From NCBI GenBank assembly GCA_963772655.1, contig CAVYYE010000009.1:150343-214342 (forward strand): a stretch of DNA of 64,000 nt. Reading direction: 5' to 3'. A model generated the notes under the pieces. The model searched no databases and was not told the DNA's origin. It saw nothing but the letters and a program-made list of their open reading frames with translations. Positions 51,099 through 63,339 of the stretch are shown here, piece after piece. The DNA is from an uncultured delta proteobacterium. Lineage in GTDB: Bacteria > Myxococcota_A > Polyangia > Haliangiales > Haliangiaceae. Position 1 is the stretch's first letter; every line of letters begins with the position of its first letter. Position numbers and translations under genes: made by a program.

Positions 51099-52016
51099 TC
51101 ACCGGCGCAAGCTGGTGATGTACTCGTGCGCGCTCTCGCGGAGCACGTCGGCGAGGAGCTTGTACTCGCGCAACCGCGCCGAGCTGGTGCGCCACACCAG
51201 GCCGATCGTGCGACCCGGCGGATGCGTGATCGGCGCGGTCATCACCGGTCCGCGGCGGGTCACCAGGGCGCTGGCCGCCGCCTCCGGCAACAGCGTGATG
51301 CCGATCCCACCTGCCACCATCTGCACCAGCGTCGGCAGACTGGTCGCACGGACCTCGAGCGACTCGACGGCACCGGCTCGTTCGCACACGGCGAGCGCCT
51401 GATCGCGCAAGCAGTGACCGTCCTCGAGGAGAAGCACGGTCTCGTCGTCGAGATCCTTCTCGTGGATGCGACCGCGCTTCTTGATGATCGGTGCGTCGCG
51501 ATGGGCCGCGACCACAAAGCGCTCGTGAACGATCTCGGTCGCGGTGACATCCCCCGGTACCGGCAACGCGAGCAACGCGACGTCGAGGCGCCCGGCATCG
51601 AGCTGGGCGAGCAGTCGCGCGGTCTGGTCCTCGACGAGGATCAGCTCGAGCTCGGGATAGCACTCGCGAACCGCCGGCAAGAGCGCCGGCAACCAGTACG
51701 GCGCGATCGTCGGGATCACGCCGAACCGGAACGGTCCGACCAGCGGCTCTCCGCGTCGTCGAGCAGCCGACGCCACCTCGTCGACGGCAGTCAGCGCGAG
51801 GCGCGCGCGCCCGATCACCTCCTCGCCCGCCGGCGTGACCAACACGCTCCGGCGATCGCGTTCGAACAGCTGGACCCCGAGCGTGCGTTCGGCACTCTGG
51901 ATCTGCGCCGACAGCGCCGGTTGCGAGATCCCGAGCGCTCGGGCGGCGCGGTGGAAGTTGCCGTGGTCGGCCACGGCTACCGCGCACTCGAGCTGGCGGA
52001 TCGAGGGACGGTCCAT
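51099..52016 (-). CDS. LysR-family transcriptional regulator, divergent from the Tpt1-PARG gene
   Basis: N-terminal wHTH MDRPSIRQLECAVAVADHGNFHRAARALGISQPALSAQIQSAERTLGVQLFERDRR, plus a LysR substrate-binding domain. Confidence 0.9.
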   Translation of the reverse strand: MDRPSIRQLECAVAVADHGNFHRAARALGISQPALSAQIQSAERTLGVQLFERDRRSVLVTPAGEEVIGRARLALTAVDEVASAARRRGEPLVGPFRFGVIPTIAPYWLPALLPAVRECYPELELILVEDQTARLLAQLDAGRLDVALLALPVPGDVTATEIVHERFVVAAHRDAPIIKKRGRIHEKDLDDETVLLLEDGHCLRDQALAVCERAGAVESLEVRATSLPTLVQMVAGGIGITLLPEAAASALVTRRGPVMTAPITHPPGRTIGLVWRTSSARLREYKLLADVLRESAHEYITSLRR

Positions 52017-52105
52017 GATAGGAACACCTTGTCACATCTCGCGCAGTAATCGAGCGGGCGAGGCGTCGATGGCACAAAGTGGCGGCGTCGCCGATCGAAA
52101 CCATC

Positions 52106-52133
52106 TTGACGGCGTTTCTTGTTCGTGTATATT
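52106..52133 (+). promoter_or_regulatory. Sigma-70-type promoter TTGACG-N16-TATATT for the Tpt1-PARG gene
   Basis: TTGACG at 52106-52111, TATATT at 52128-52133. An AT-rich island in a 70% GC genome, about 25 nt upstream of the GTG start. Confidence 0.55.
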
Positions 52134-52154
52134 GAACACCATCTAATGGTGTTC
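52134..52154. promoter_or_regulatory. Perfect palindromic operator GAACACCAT-cta-ATGGTGTTC overlapping the TSS/RBS region; a third half-site (GGAACACC) at 52026-52033 lies next to the LysR start
   Basis: 9-3-9 perfect inverted repeat read directly. Matching octamer on the opposite strand 110 bp away near the divergent LysR gene. Confidence 0.6.
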
Positions 52155-52158
52155 CATC

Positions 52159-53556
52159 GTGTCGACTCGTCTATCCAAGTTCCTGTCCCTCGTCCTCCGC
52201 CACCAGCCCGACCTGATCGGCATCACGCTCGATGACGCCGGCTGGACCGGCGTCGAGGCGTTGCTCGCGGCGGCGGCGGCACACGGCACGCCGATCACGC
52301 GCGCCGAGCTCGACGATATCGTCCGCAGCTCCGACAAGCAGCGATTCGCGCTGTCGCCCGACGGCGCGAAGATCCGCGCGAACCAGGGCCATTCGGTCGG
52401 GGTCGATCTGGCCCTCGCCCCGGCGCCGCCACCGGCCGTGCTCTACCACGGCACCGTCGACAAGGTTCTCGCGAGCATCCGCACGGGCGGCCTGATCAAG
52501 GGCGCACGTCACCACGTCCACCTGTCGGCCGATCGCGACACGGCGACCAAGGTCGGAGGCCGTCGCGGCAAGCCGGTGATCCTGACCGTGCGTGCCGATG
52601 CGATGGCGGATGCCGGACACGTGTTCTATCGGTCGGCGAACGGCGTGTGGCTGGTCGAGGCGGTGCCACCGGCGTTCCTGGTGTTCCCGAACGTCGGCGA
52701 CGCCGTCGACCCGTACGATCGGGTGAACCACGTCTCGCGCGGAGCCAAGGCACAGATCGCGAAGACCACGCTGACGGCGTGCGAGCTCGGCGAGTACACC
52801 AACGCGCGCGGACAGCGCGTCGCGATCGGCGAGGCGCTCGCGGCCGCGCACGACGGCACGCGCCTCTACGAGCTCGGCGATGGATCGCTGCGACCCACCG
52901 GCGGCGCGCGGACACCGAGCCGCACCACGATCGAAGTGACGCACGAGACCACGATCGAGGCGATCGTGCGCCTCGCGTCGCGGTCGGGAGGTCACCTCGC
53001 GTGCCTGAACTTCGCCTCGGCGAAGAACCCGGGTGGCGGGTTCCTCGGTGGTGCGCAGGCGCAGGAAGAGTCGCTCGCGCGATCGAGCGCGCTGTATCCG
53101 TGCCTGCTCGCGCAACGCGACCACTACGATCGCAACCGCGCACACCGTTCGGTGGTGTACCTCGACCTCGCGATCTGGTCGCCGCACGTGCCGTTCTTCC
53201 GCGACGACCGTGGCGACTGGCTCGACGCACCGGTGCTGGCATCGGTGATCACGTGCGCCGCGCCGAACGCCGGTGCACTCCGCCAGCAGGAGCGCTTCGA
53301 CGCCGAGGTGGTCGAGGCGGCGTTGCGCCGGCGTGCGGGGCTCGTGCTCGCGGTGGCGGTGCACCACCGCGTCGCGCGCCTGGTGCTCGGCGCGTGGGGC
53401 GCGGGCGTGTTCGGCAACGATCCGGTGATGGTCGCCGACGCGTTCGGAGCGTTGCTCGAAACAGACTACGCGGGTGCGTTCGACGAGGTCTGCTTCGCGG
53501 TGATCGGCGGGGAAGGCTCGCCGAACCACGCCGCGTTCGCTCGGCGTTTCCGGTAG
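52159..53556 (+). CDS. kptA: Fusion protein: RNA 2'-phosphotransferase Tpt1/KptA (aa 1-185) plus bacterial-type PARG / DUF2263 macrodomain (aa about 200-465)
   Basis: The N-terminus aligns end-to-end with KptA: SKFLSLVLRHQPDLIGITLDDAGW...SSDKQRFALSPDGAKIRANQGHSVGVDL...LYHGT...HVHLSADRDTATKVGGRRGKPVILTV...ANGVWL (R-H-R-R catalytic residues present). The C-terminus carries the LACLNFASAKNPGGGFLGGAQAQEESLARSSALYPCL signature (PGGG-X7-QEE) of the microbial PARG / TIGR02452 macrodomain family. Single uninterrupted ORF, GTG start. Confidence 0.85.
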   Translation: MSTRLSKFLSLVLRHQPDLIGITLDDAGWTGVEALLAAAAAHGTPITRAELDDIVRSSDKQRFALSPDGAKIRANQGHSVGVDLALAPAPPPAVLYHGTVDKVLASIRTGGLIKGARHHVHLSADRDTATKVGGRRGKPVILTVRADAMADAGHVFYRSANGVWLVEAVPPAFLVFPNVGDAVDPYDRVNHVSRGAKAQIAKTTLTACELGEYTNARGQRVAIGEALAAAHDGTRLYELGDGSLRPTGGARTPSRTTIEVTHETTIEAIVRLASRSGGHLACLNFASAKNPGGGFLGGAQAQEESLARSSALYPCLLAQRDHYDRNRAHRSVVYLDLAIWSPHVPFFRDDRGDWLDAPVLASVITCAAPNAGALRQQERFDAEVVEAALRRRAGLVLAVAVHHRVARLVLGAWGAGVFGNDPVMVADAFGALLETDYAGAFDEVCFAVIGGEGSPNHAAFARRFR

Positions 53557-53743
53557 GGAACCTCCCGAACACGACGATCGAACCGGACGATCGAGCGCGA
53601 CGGGCTTGCGCTCGATCGTCCGGACCATCGCCAGACGTGCGCGCGGATCGCCGTAACCGTGCGGACCACCCGGTGGCGCGAGGCCTGCAGGTGCTCCGCG
53701 CACCTCGTTGCCGTAGCCCCTCCCCTCACCCTGGAGCCGCCCC

Positions 53744-54220
53744 ATGGTGTTCGCCGAAGGATCGACCGAATTCGCGCTCGAAGATCTCCCCCGCGACCGC
53801 ATCCTGGTCGCGCACGCCGGAACGGACGCGCAGACCGCCGCGATCGTGCGGGCCCTCGTGCTCGAGCTCGAACACCGCGCCGGAACCTCCGAGGTCCCCG
53901 CGTTCGAGGCCGGCTCGGCGCCACCTCCTCACGACTTCCGTGCGGTCGCCATCGTCTCGCCGGTGCGGTTCGGTCGGTTCGCGCGCTCGGCGATCGAGTA
54001 CGTCGTCGAACACGCCGCCGCGCTCGCCCGGATCCCCGGCTTCGTGATCGGGTTTTCCCGCGAACGGCGAGGCGTGCGCCGCGCGTTCGAGCACCTGATG
54101 CGGTCGTCGCGATGGCAGCCCACGCTCAGCGTGTCCCTCGAACGCGCCGGGTGGTTCGGCGATCCCCGGTCGGTACCGGCGCTGCAGATCCACGAGCTCG
54201 CGCGCTCGATCGCGTCGTGA
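53744..54220 (+). CDS. Flavodoxin-like protein resembling HemG (menaquinone-dependent protoporphyrinogen IX dehydrogenase)
   Basis: ILVAHAGTDAQTAAIVRALVLELE...FRAVAIVSPVRFGRFARSAIEYVVEHAAALARIPGFVIGFS parallels the HemG flavodoxin-fold pattern. 158 aa. Confidence 0.45.
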   Translation: MVFAEGSTEFALEDLPRDRILVAHAGTDAQTAAIVRALVLELEHRAGTSEVPAFEAGSAPPPHDFRAVAIVSPVRFGRFARSAIEYVVEHAAALARIPGFVIGFSRERRGVRRAFEHLMRSSRWQPTLSVSLERAGWFGDPRSVPALQIHELARSIAS

Positions 54221-54495
54221 CCCGAAACGGACGACGGCCCGGGCGAGCGACTCGGACGTGGTGGGTGTCTCGCCGGAGTCGATCGCCATCGGCGTCGTTC
54301 TCGTCGAGGGACCTCGTGGGAGGTCTCGTCCGAGCGGCTCGTCGAGCCGCCGATGACTCCGAGAAGAGCAAGCCACGTGCCGCGAGAACACGTGGGTTTT
54401 GGCGTTCGTTCACGCGGCCGGTGCACGTCACGTGTTCGCCGCGTGCACCGGATTCGCGAAGTCGCGATCTCCCGATCGACGGAGGCGCGAGCGCG

Positions 54496-55092
54496 TCAGA
54501 GACTGGAGACGTAGCTACGGATCAACCCGACCTCGGCGTCGGTGATCTCCGTGGCGGTCCACGACGGCATGTAGCTCGTGCGCGAGCCGTAGCTGGTGCC
54601 ACCGTGCCCGAACCGGATCAGCAAGCTGACGTTGTTGGCCTCGCGCGCGATGTTCTTACCGACCCGACCACTGCGACCGTCGGCGCCGTGGCAGTTGGTA
54701 CAGAACCGACCGTACAACTCCGCGCCCGTGGCCGGCTTCTCGGCCTCGCCGAGGTAACCGAGGATCGACGTCAGCTCGGCGTCGGTCACCGCGTTGGCGT
54801 CGAGGGCGGCCATGCCCCCACCCGGAAAGCCCATCTCGTTGCGGCCGTGGCGCACGACGTACGTCGCGTAACCGGTGACCGGGTTCAGGATCGTCGGGCC
54901 GAGGTTGCCCCCGCTGCCATCGCCGTGACAGCTCGCGCAGTTCTTGACGAACAGCGTCTTGCCGTCGCTCTGGGTCGCGCCGTCTGGGGTCGTGCCATCG
55001 TCTCCGCCACCGGTGGAGTCGGTGCCGCAAGCAACGAGTGCGGCGGTGACCGCGATCGAGAACAGGGACGAACGTACAGACGTGTGGATCAC
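54496..55092 (-). CDS. Dihaem c-type cytochrome (c4-like) lipoprotein
   Basis: GTG start gives MIHTSVRSSLFSIAVTAALVACG (lipobox). Two CxxCH motifs (CASCHGDG, CTNCHGADG), each with a downstream Met ligand. Confidence 0.75.
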   Translation of the reverse strand: MIHTSVRSSLFSIAVTAALVACGTDSTGGGDDGTTPDGATQSDGKTLFVKNCASCHGDGSGGNLGPTILNPVTGYATYVVRHGRNEMGFPGGGMAALDANAVTDAELTSILGYLGEAEKPATGAELYGRFCTNCHGADGRSGRVGKNIAREANNVSLLIRFGHGGTSYGSRTSYMPSWTATEITDAEVGLIRSYVSSL

Positions 55093-55225
55093 GGCACACG
55101 GATATCGCGGCCGGGAATCGACGACAACCGACAACGCCGGTCGGGTCACCGGCAGCGCTTATCCGATCGATGCGTGCGATACGCGCGTGGTGTTCAGCGA
55201 TCGCGCAGCGATCGTACAGCGACGA

Positions 55226-56358
55226 TCAATACCCGTGCTTGCGCAGGGATACGTTGGCGACCAACCCCATCGCGCACAGGAACACGACCAGCGAGCTGCC
55301 CCCGTAGGAGATGAACGGCAACGTGACGCCGACCACGGGCGCGAGCCCGAGCACCATCGCGATGTTGACGACGACGTGCCAGAACGTCATCGCCCCGACG
55401 CCGACGCAGATCGCCGCGCCCATCCGATCGCGCGCGGACAGCGCGGCGTTCAAGATCCACACGAGCAAGAACCCGAAGATCACGACCAGCACGACCGACC
55501 CGACAAAGCCCCACTCCTCGGCCCACACCGAGTACGGGAAGTCGGTCCAGTGCTCGGGCAAGAAGTCGAACTGGTTCTGCGTGCCCTCGCCGAACCCCTT
55601 GCCCCAGATCTTCCCGGAGCCGACCGCGAAGATCGACTGCCGGGTGTGCCAGCCGTTACCGGTCGGATCGGAGCCCGGATCCAGGAATGCCAGGATCCGG
55701 TTCTTCTGGTAGTCGTGCATCGTCTCCCAGAGGATCGGGATCGACAGCAGACCGGCGAGCGTGACGTGAACCATCGGCCACACCGACGGCATCACCAAGA
55801 AGCCGACGGTGAGCACGATCAGCGCGAGCAGCACCGCGCTTCCGAGGTCGGGCTGGATCGCGATCAGCCCGATCGGGATCGCGAGACCGAGCGCCTTGGC
55901 GGCGAGCACGATCGGTGGGGTGTGCGTGAGATCGTCGGAGAACAGCTGGGCGAGCGCGAGGATCACCATCAGCTTGGCCAGCTCCGACGGCTGGATTCCC
56001 ATCCCGAAGATGTTGAGCCAGCGGTAACTGCCCTTGCCGTGGGCGTCGTCGCCGATCAGTCGTACGACGACGAGCAGGAGGATCGCGACACCGAGCCCGA
56101 TCCAGGCGAGTCGCACGAGCGCCCGGTAGTCGATCGCGGTGGCGACCACGAACCCGATCGCCCCGACCACCATCCACTTCACCTGGGTGTCGAACTTGGT
56201 GTGGTGACGGGTGCCGTGCGTCGCCGAGTACAGGTTGAGCAGGCCGATCGTGCACAGCGCGATCACGGCCAAGATCAACGGCCAGTCGACCGCGGCCCGG
56301 AACCGGCGCCAGCGGCTGACACCGATCGTCGCACGCGGCAGCTGGAGGCCGGTGCCCC

Positions 56359-56362
<4 letters not shown>
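55226..56362 (-). CDS. rodA: Rod shape-determining SEDS protein RodA
   Basis: GTG start overlapping the mrdA stop (GTGA). DWPLILAVIALCTIGLLNLYSATHG..., GSYRWLNIFGMGIQPSELAKLMVILALA, PDLGSA. Confidence 0.9.
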
Positions 56363-58295
<1,933 letters not shown>

Positions 58296-58296
<1 letters not shown>

Positions 58297-58838
58297 CAGG
58301 GCGCCAACCCTTCCAGCGCGGCATCGCGCTCGCGATGCGTGCGCGCGAACGCCGCGTCGATGCGGCGGAACAACCGGTACACCACCGGTCCGGCGAGCGC
58401 GGTCGCGAGCGTGACCAGCGCGATGTGCTGGAGCGTGACCGCCGTGCCGAGACCGGGCACGCCGTACAACGCGCCGACGACCAGCGTGACCACGCCGACG
58501 CTGACGGCGACGAACGCCGAGAAGCCGATCGCCATCGCCACGCCGCGCACGTAGATCCGTTGCTGCGCCGCGCGGGCGATCAGGCAGGTGAGCCCGAGCA
58601 CGAGCGCCGCGAGTCCCGGCGGCGTCCCCGAGATCAGATCGGACAGATAGCCGAGCACCACCGAGCCGCCGACCGCGGGGGCGACGTTGCGGCGCGCGGT
58701 CAGCCCGAGATACGCCGCGGTCAGCGCACCGATGTCGGGGATCGCGTCGTGGAGGAACGCGATGGGCATCAGGCGCCAGATCGCGGCGACCACCACGCAC
58801 GCGAGGTACGCGACGAGCACGAGCGTTCCCGTCCTCAT
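58296..58838 (-). CDS. mreD: Rod shape-determining protein MreD
   Basis: 180-aa polytopic membrane protein in the canonical position between mreC and mrdA. Confidence 0.8.
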
Positions 58839-58920
58839 GGAACGCCTCGCTTTCGCGAGCTACCCCGGCGAGCGCTCTCGAGATCGCGCGACGTGGGCAC
58901 GGGGTGCTCGCTCGCGAGGC

Positions 58921-59820
58921 TCACAGCGCCCTCTCTTCGAACGCGCGCGGGCTGCGCTTGTGGCTCTTGGCGTCGGGATCGGCGGGCGGCGGCGGCGCCA
59001 GCAGCACCATCACCGCGCGGAGTCGACCGAAGTCGACCGACGGCTCGACCTCGACCTTCTGGTCCATGCCGTCGTCTCCCTCGAGCTTGCTGATCTTGCC
59101 GACCACGAGACCGGGCGGAAAGATCGTGCCGCGGCCGGAGGTCACGATCTCGTCGCCGACCTTCGCGCGCAGATCGGGCTGACTCGCGAGCACGAGCGAT
59201 TCGATCTTGCAGGCGTACGAGTCGTTGCGCCCGAGCCCGACGAGGAACCCGCGGCGACCGGTGCGCTTGACCACGACGTCGATCGACGACCGGATGTCGC
59301 TGACCAGCACGACGTCGGCGTAGTCACCGAACACCTTGTCGATCCAGCCGACGGGCCCCTGCCCGGCGATCACGCCCATGTTCGGGCGCACCTCGCGCTC
59401 GCCGCGATCGATCCGCAGCCGCAGCACGCGGAACTGCGGCGACACCGGCGCGCCGATCACGCGCGCACCGACCATGTCGGCGTCGGTCCGGCGCTTGACC
59501 AGCGCGAGATCCTCGAGCGCCTCGACGTCGTACGCCTTGCGCGTCATCGTCGCGAGCTCTTTGCGCAGACGATCGTTGTCGGCGCGGAGCTCGTCGTTCT
59601 CGTCCTCGACGTCGACCAGCGCGACGTAGCTCGACCACAGCCCACCGACCCCCTCGACCACCCACGACACCGCCGCCTGCAGCGGCGCGGTGATCCGCAG
59701 CACCGCGCTGTCGAGCGTGCTCGGCTCGCCACGCGACAGGCTCGCGCGCAGCACCAGCGCCGGGATCAGGATCAGGAGCCCGGTCAGGCTCCAGTCCACG
59801 ATCCGACGGCGCAACGTCAT
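58921..59820 (-). CDS. mreC: Rod shape-determining protein MreC
   Basis: ATG at 59820: N-terminal TM (LLILIPALVL), coiled coil (ENDELRADNDRLRKELATM), beta-domain GVIAGQGPVGWIDKV...IVTSGRGTIFPPGLVVGKI. Confidence 0.9.
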   Translation of the reverse strand: MTLRRRIVDWSLTGLLILIPALVLRASLSRGEPSTLDSAVLRITAPLQAAVSWVVEGVGGLWSSYVALVDVEDENDELRADNDRLRKELATMTRKAYDVEALEDLALVKRRTDADMVGARVIGAPVSPQFRVLRLRIDRGEREVRPNMGVIAGQGPVGWIDKVFGDYADVVLVSDIRSSIDVVVKRTGRRGFLVGLGRNDSYACKIESLVLASQPDLRAKVGDEIVTSGRGTIFPPGLVVGKISKLEGDDGMDQKVEVEPSVDFGRLRAVMVLLAPPPPADPDAKSHKRSPRAFEERAL

Positions 59821-59834
59821 CACGACGGCGACAC

Positions 59835-61040
<1,206 letters not shown>

Positions 61041-61087
61041 TCAGTGCGGTCGGGGAAGCTAGAACCCGGTACAACCCGGCGGTCCCC

Positions 61088-63160
61088 ATGCTCGACTCCA
61101 TGCGCCGTCAAGGCGCGTCCATCTTTCTGTATCTCGTGTTCGGTCTGCTGATCGCGATCTTCGTGATCAACATCAACCCCGGTTCGTCCGGGGAAGGTGG
61201 GTGCGGTACCGGCGGCGGCGCATTGGTCACGGTCGGCAACACCAAGGTCGGCAAGAACGCCTATCTGGTCGCGTACTCGAACCGCTTCATCTCCGAGTTC
61301 ATGCGGATGTGGGGCTTCAAGACGTCGCTCGAGCGCGAGTTCGCCGCCGTCGAGATCCTGATCCGTCGAGAGATCCTCGCCGACGCCGCGACCAGCCGCG
61401 GCCTCCGCGTCGACGACGAGATGGTGTTGGAGGAGATCAAGAAGGGGAACTTCTTCATCGGCGGTCAACGGATCCCACTCGGCGAGTGGATCTTCGACAA
61501 GCACGACGACGGCAGCAAGACCTGGAACATCGACAAGTTCACCAACTGGTACCGCAGCATGAACGTGTCGCGGACGAGCTACGTCGACGAACAGACCCGC
61601 GGGATGGAAGCGGCGATGATGGAGGAGCTGCTGATCAACTCCGTGCGGGTGTCGCTCGACGAGGTCCGCGACGCGTACATCCAGGACAAGACCACGGTGT
61701 CGTACGACGTCGTCCCGTTCCAACCGTCGGTGTACCGCGGCGCGATGCGGCTGACCGACGCCGACGCCCAGCGCTACCTGGCCGCCCACGAGGACGAGGT
61801 CAAGGCGCGGTTCAAGGCCGACGAGCGGACGTACAAGAACGTCAAGCCGCAGCTGAAGCTCCGCGAGATCTTCATCGCGAAGCCGGAGGAGCCGAAGCCG
61901 GAGCCCGCGGGTGCGGGAAGCGGCAGCGGTAGCGCGGCGGGGAGTGCCGCCGGCAGTGGTGCCGGGAGCGCGGCCAAGCCCGCCACGCCCGAGAAGCCGA
62001 AGAAGAAGACAGGCATGCCGGTCGCCGAGGCCAAGGCCAAGCTCGAGGCCGTGCGGCGTGCGGTGGTCGCCAACAAGAAGAAGTTCGCCGACGCCGCCAA
62101 GATGCTCACCACCGACGAGGCGATGAAGGCCAACGGCGGTGACCTCGGCTGGCGCACGGCCGAGAGCCCGGGGCTGCCCGACAAGGCGCTCAACGACCAG
62201 GTCAAGGCACTCAAGGCCGGCGAGATGACGCCGGTGATCGAGACCGACAAGGGCGTGTACCTGATCCGCGTCGAGGACACGCGGCCGGTCGGCGACGCGA
62301 AGGACCTGACCTACGATCAGGTCAAGCTCGAGATCGCGGCCGACCTCGCGCGCGACGCGTGGAGCAAGGAAGCCGCCAAGCGGGCCGCGCTCGAGGCGCT
62401 CGCCACGGTGCGCGGTGCCCACAAGAACCTGTCCGATCTGTTCCAGGAGTCGATCGAGGATCAGATCCGCCGCCAGTTCTCCAAGGGTGGCGCCGGCGGT
62501 CTCAACATCCAGCACGACGAGCAGATGGCGTGGAAGCCGAGCGACGACGATGCGAGTGGCTCGACGGGCGGCAGTGGCAGCGGTGGCAGTGACAGTGACA
62601 GTGACAGTGGCAGTGGCAGCGGCAGCGGCGGTGACAGCGGCAGCGGCAGCGGCAGCGGCAGCGGCAGCGGCAGCGGCAGCGCCGGCACGGGTGCGCCCAA
62701 GCCGGCGACCCCCGCGATCCCACCGGTCGTCGCCACCACGGACGTGCTCCCCACGTTCGGCGATGTCCCCGCGCCCAACCTGAAGAAGTACGAAGCGACG
62801 CCGCGGCTCCCGATGATGCCGGGGATCAGCAAGGAGCTGATCCCCGTGCTGTTCGACCAGCTCGCCGCGGGCATGCTGGCGGACCGGGTCTACGAGTCCA
62901 ACGGCGCCTACATCCTGGTCCAGGTCACCGCGAAGGGTGAGGCCAGCATGAAGGAGTTCGACAAGGAGGCGCCCAAGTTGATGGCGCAGATGCGCCTGAT
63001 GCGCGCTGCCGAGCTGATCGAGGACTACCTGAAGAACCGCTGTCTGGCGCTCGCCAAGGACGACAAGATCCAGGCGTCGCGGGCGCTGTTCCAGAACGGG
63101 AAGCCCGACGAGAAGGGCACGCCGCCGCCGACCTACCACCCCTGCATGACGTTCCGGTAG
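61088..63160 (+). CDS. Membrane-anchored parvulin-type peptidyl-prolyl isomerase (PpiD/SurA-like) with Gly/Ser-rich low-complexity inserts
   Basis: N-terminal TM (IFLYLVFGLLIAIFVI), SurA_N-like region. Parvulin domain (DEAMKANGGDLGWRTAESPGLPDKALNDQVKALKAGEMTPVIETDKGVYLIRVED). (GS)n inserts. Confidence 0.8.
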   Translation: MLDSMRRQGASIFLYLVFGLLIAIFVININPGSSGEGGCGTGGGALVTVGNTKVGKNAYLVAYSNRFISEFMRMWGFKTSLEREFAAVEILIRREILADAATSRGLRVDDEMVLEEIKKGNFFIGGQRIPLGEWIFDKHDDGSKTWNIDKFTNWYRSMNVSRTSYVDEQTRGMEAAMMEELLINSVRVSLDEVRDAYIQDKTTVSYDVVPFQPSVYRGAMRLTDADAQRYLAAHEDEVKARFKADERTYKNVKPQLKLREIFIAKPEEPKPEPAGAGSGSGSAAGSAAGSGAGSAAKPATPEKPKKKTGMPVAEAKAKLEAVRRAVVANKKKFADAAKMLTTDEAMKANGGDLGWRTAESPGLPDKALNDQVKALKAGEMTPVIETDKGVYLIRVEDTRPVGDAKDLTYDQVKLEIAADLARDAWSKEAAKRAALEALATVRGAHKNLSDLFQESIEDQIRRQFSKGGAGGLNIQHDEQMAWKPSDDDASGSTGGSGSGGSDSDSDSGSGSGSGGDSGSGSGSGSGSGSGSAGTGAPKPATPAIPPVVATTDVLPTFGDVPAPNLKKYEATPRLPMMPGISKELIPVLFDQLAAGMLADRVYESNGAYILVQVTAKGEASMKEFDKEAPKLMAQMRLMRAAELIEDYLKNRCLALAKDDKIQASRALFQNGKPDEKGTPPPTYHPCMTFR
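62567..62684 (+). repeat. Hexanucleotide microsatellite (GGCAGC / GACAGT)n, about 19 units, in frame (GS/DS repeats) inside the PPIase gene
   Basis: Direct reading: ggcagtggcagcggtggcagtgacagtgacagtgacagtggcagtggcagcggcagcggcggtgacagc(ggcagc)8. The antisense ORFs (VAVAVTVTV, CRCRCRC) are artefacts of this repeat. Confidence 0.9.
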
Positions 63161-63339
63161 AGGCAGGGCTTCGCGAGACCTCACACCCGATCGGGCGGAC
63201 CCACAGGATCCCCGCTGGATCCCCGAGCCCGAGCACGAGCACGTGGACGTGCTCGCCTCACGGATTCGCCCCACCCCACCCCAATCGCTGCGTTCGCCTC
63301 CTCCGCCCGGCGAGAATATTCGGTAAATTCTCGACTCCG

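Noticed and set aside
62415-62874. ORFs translating to VAVAVTVTVTV / CRCRCRC / PLPLPLP
   Set aside because: Artefacts of the (GGCAGC)n microsatellite read in the wrong frame or strand.
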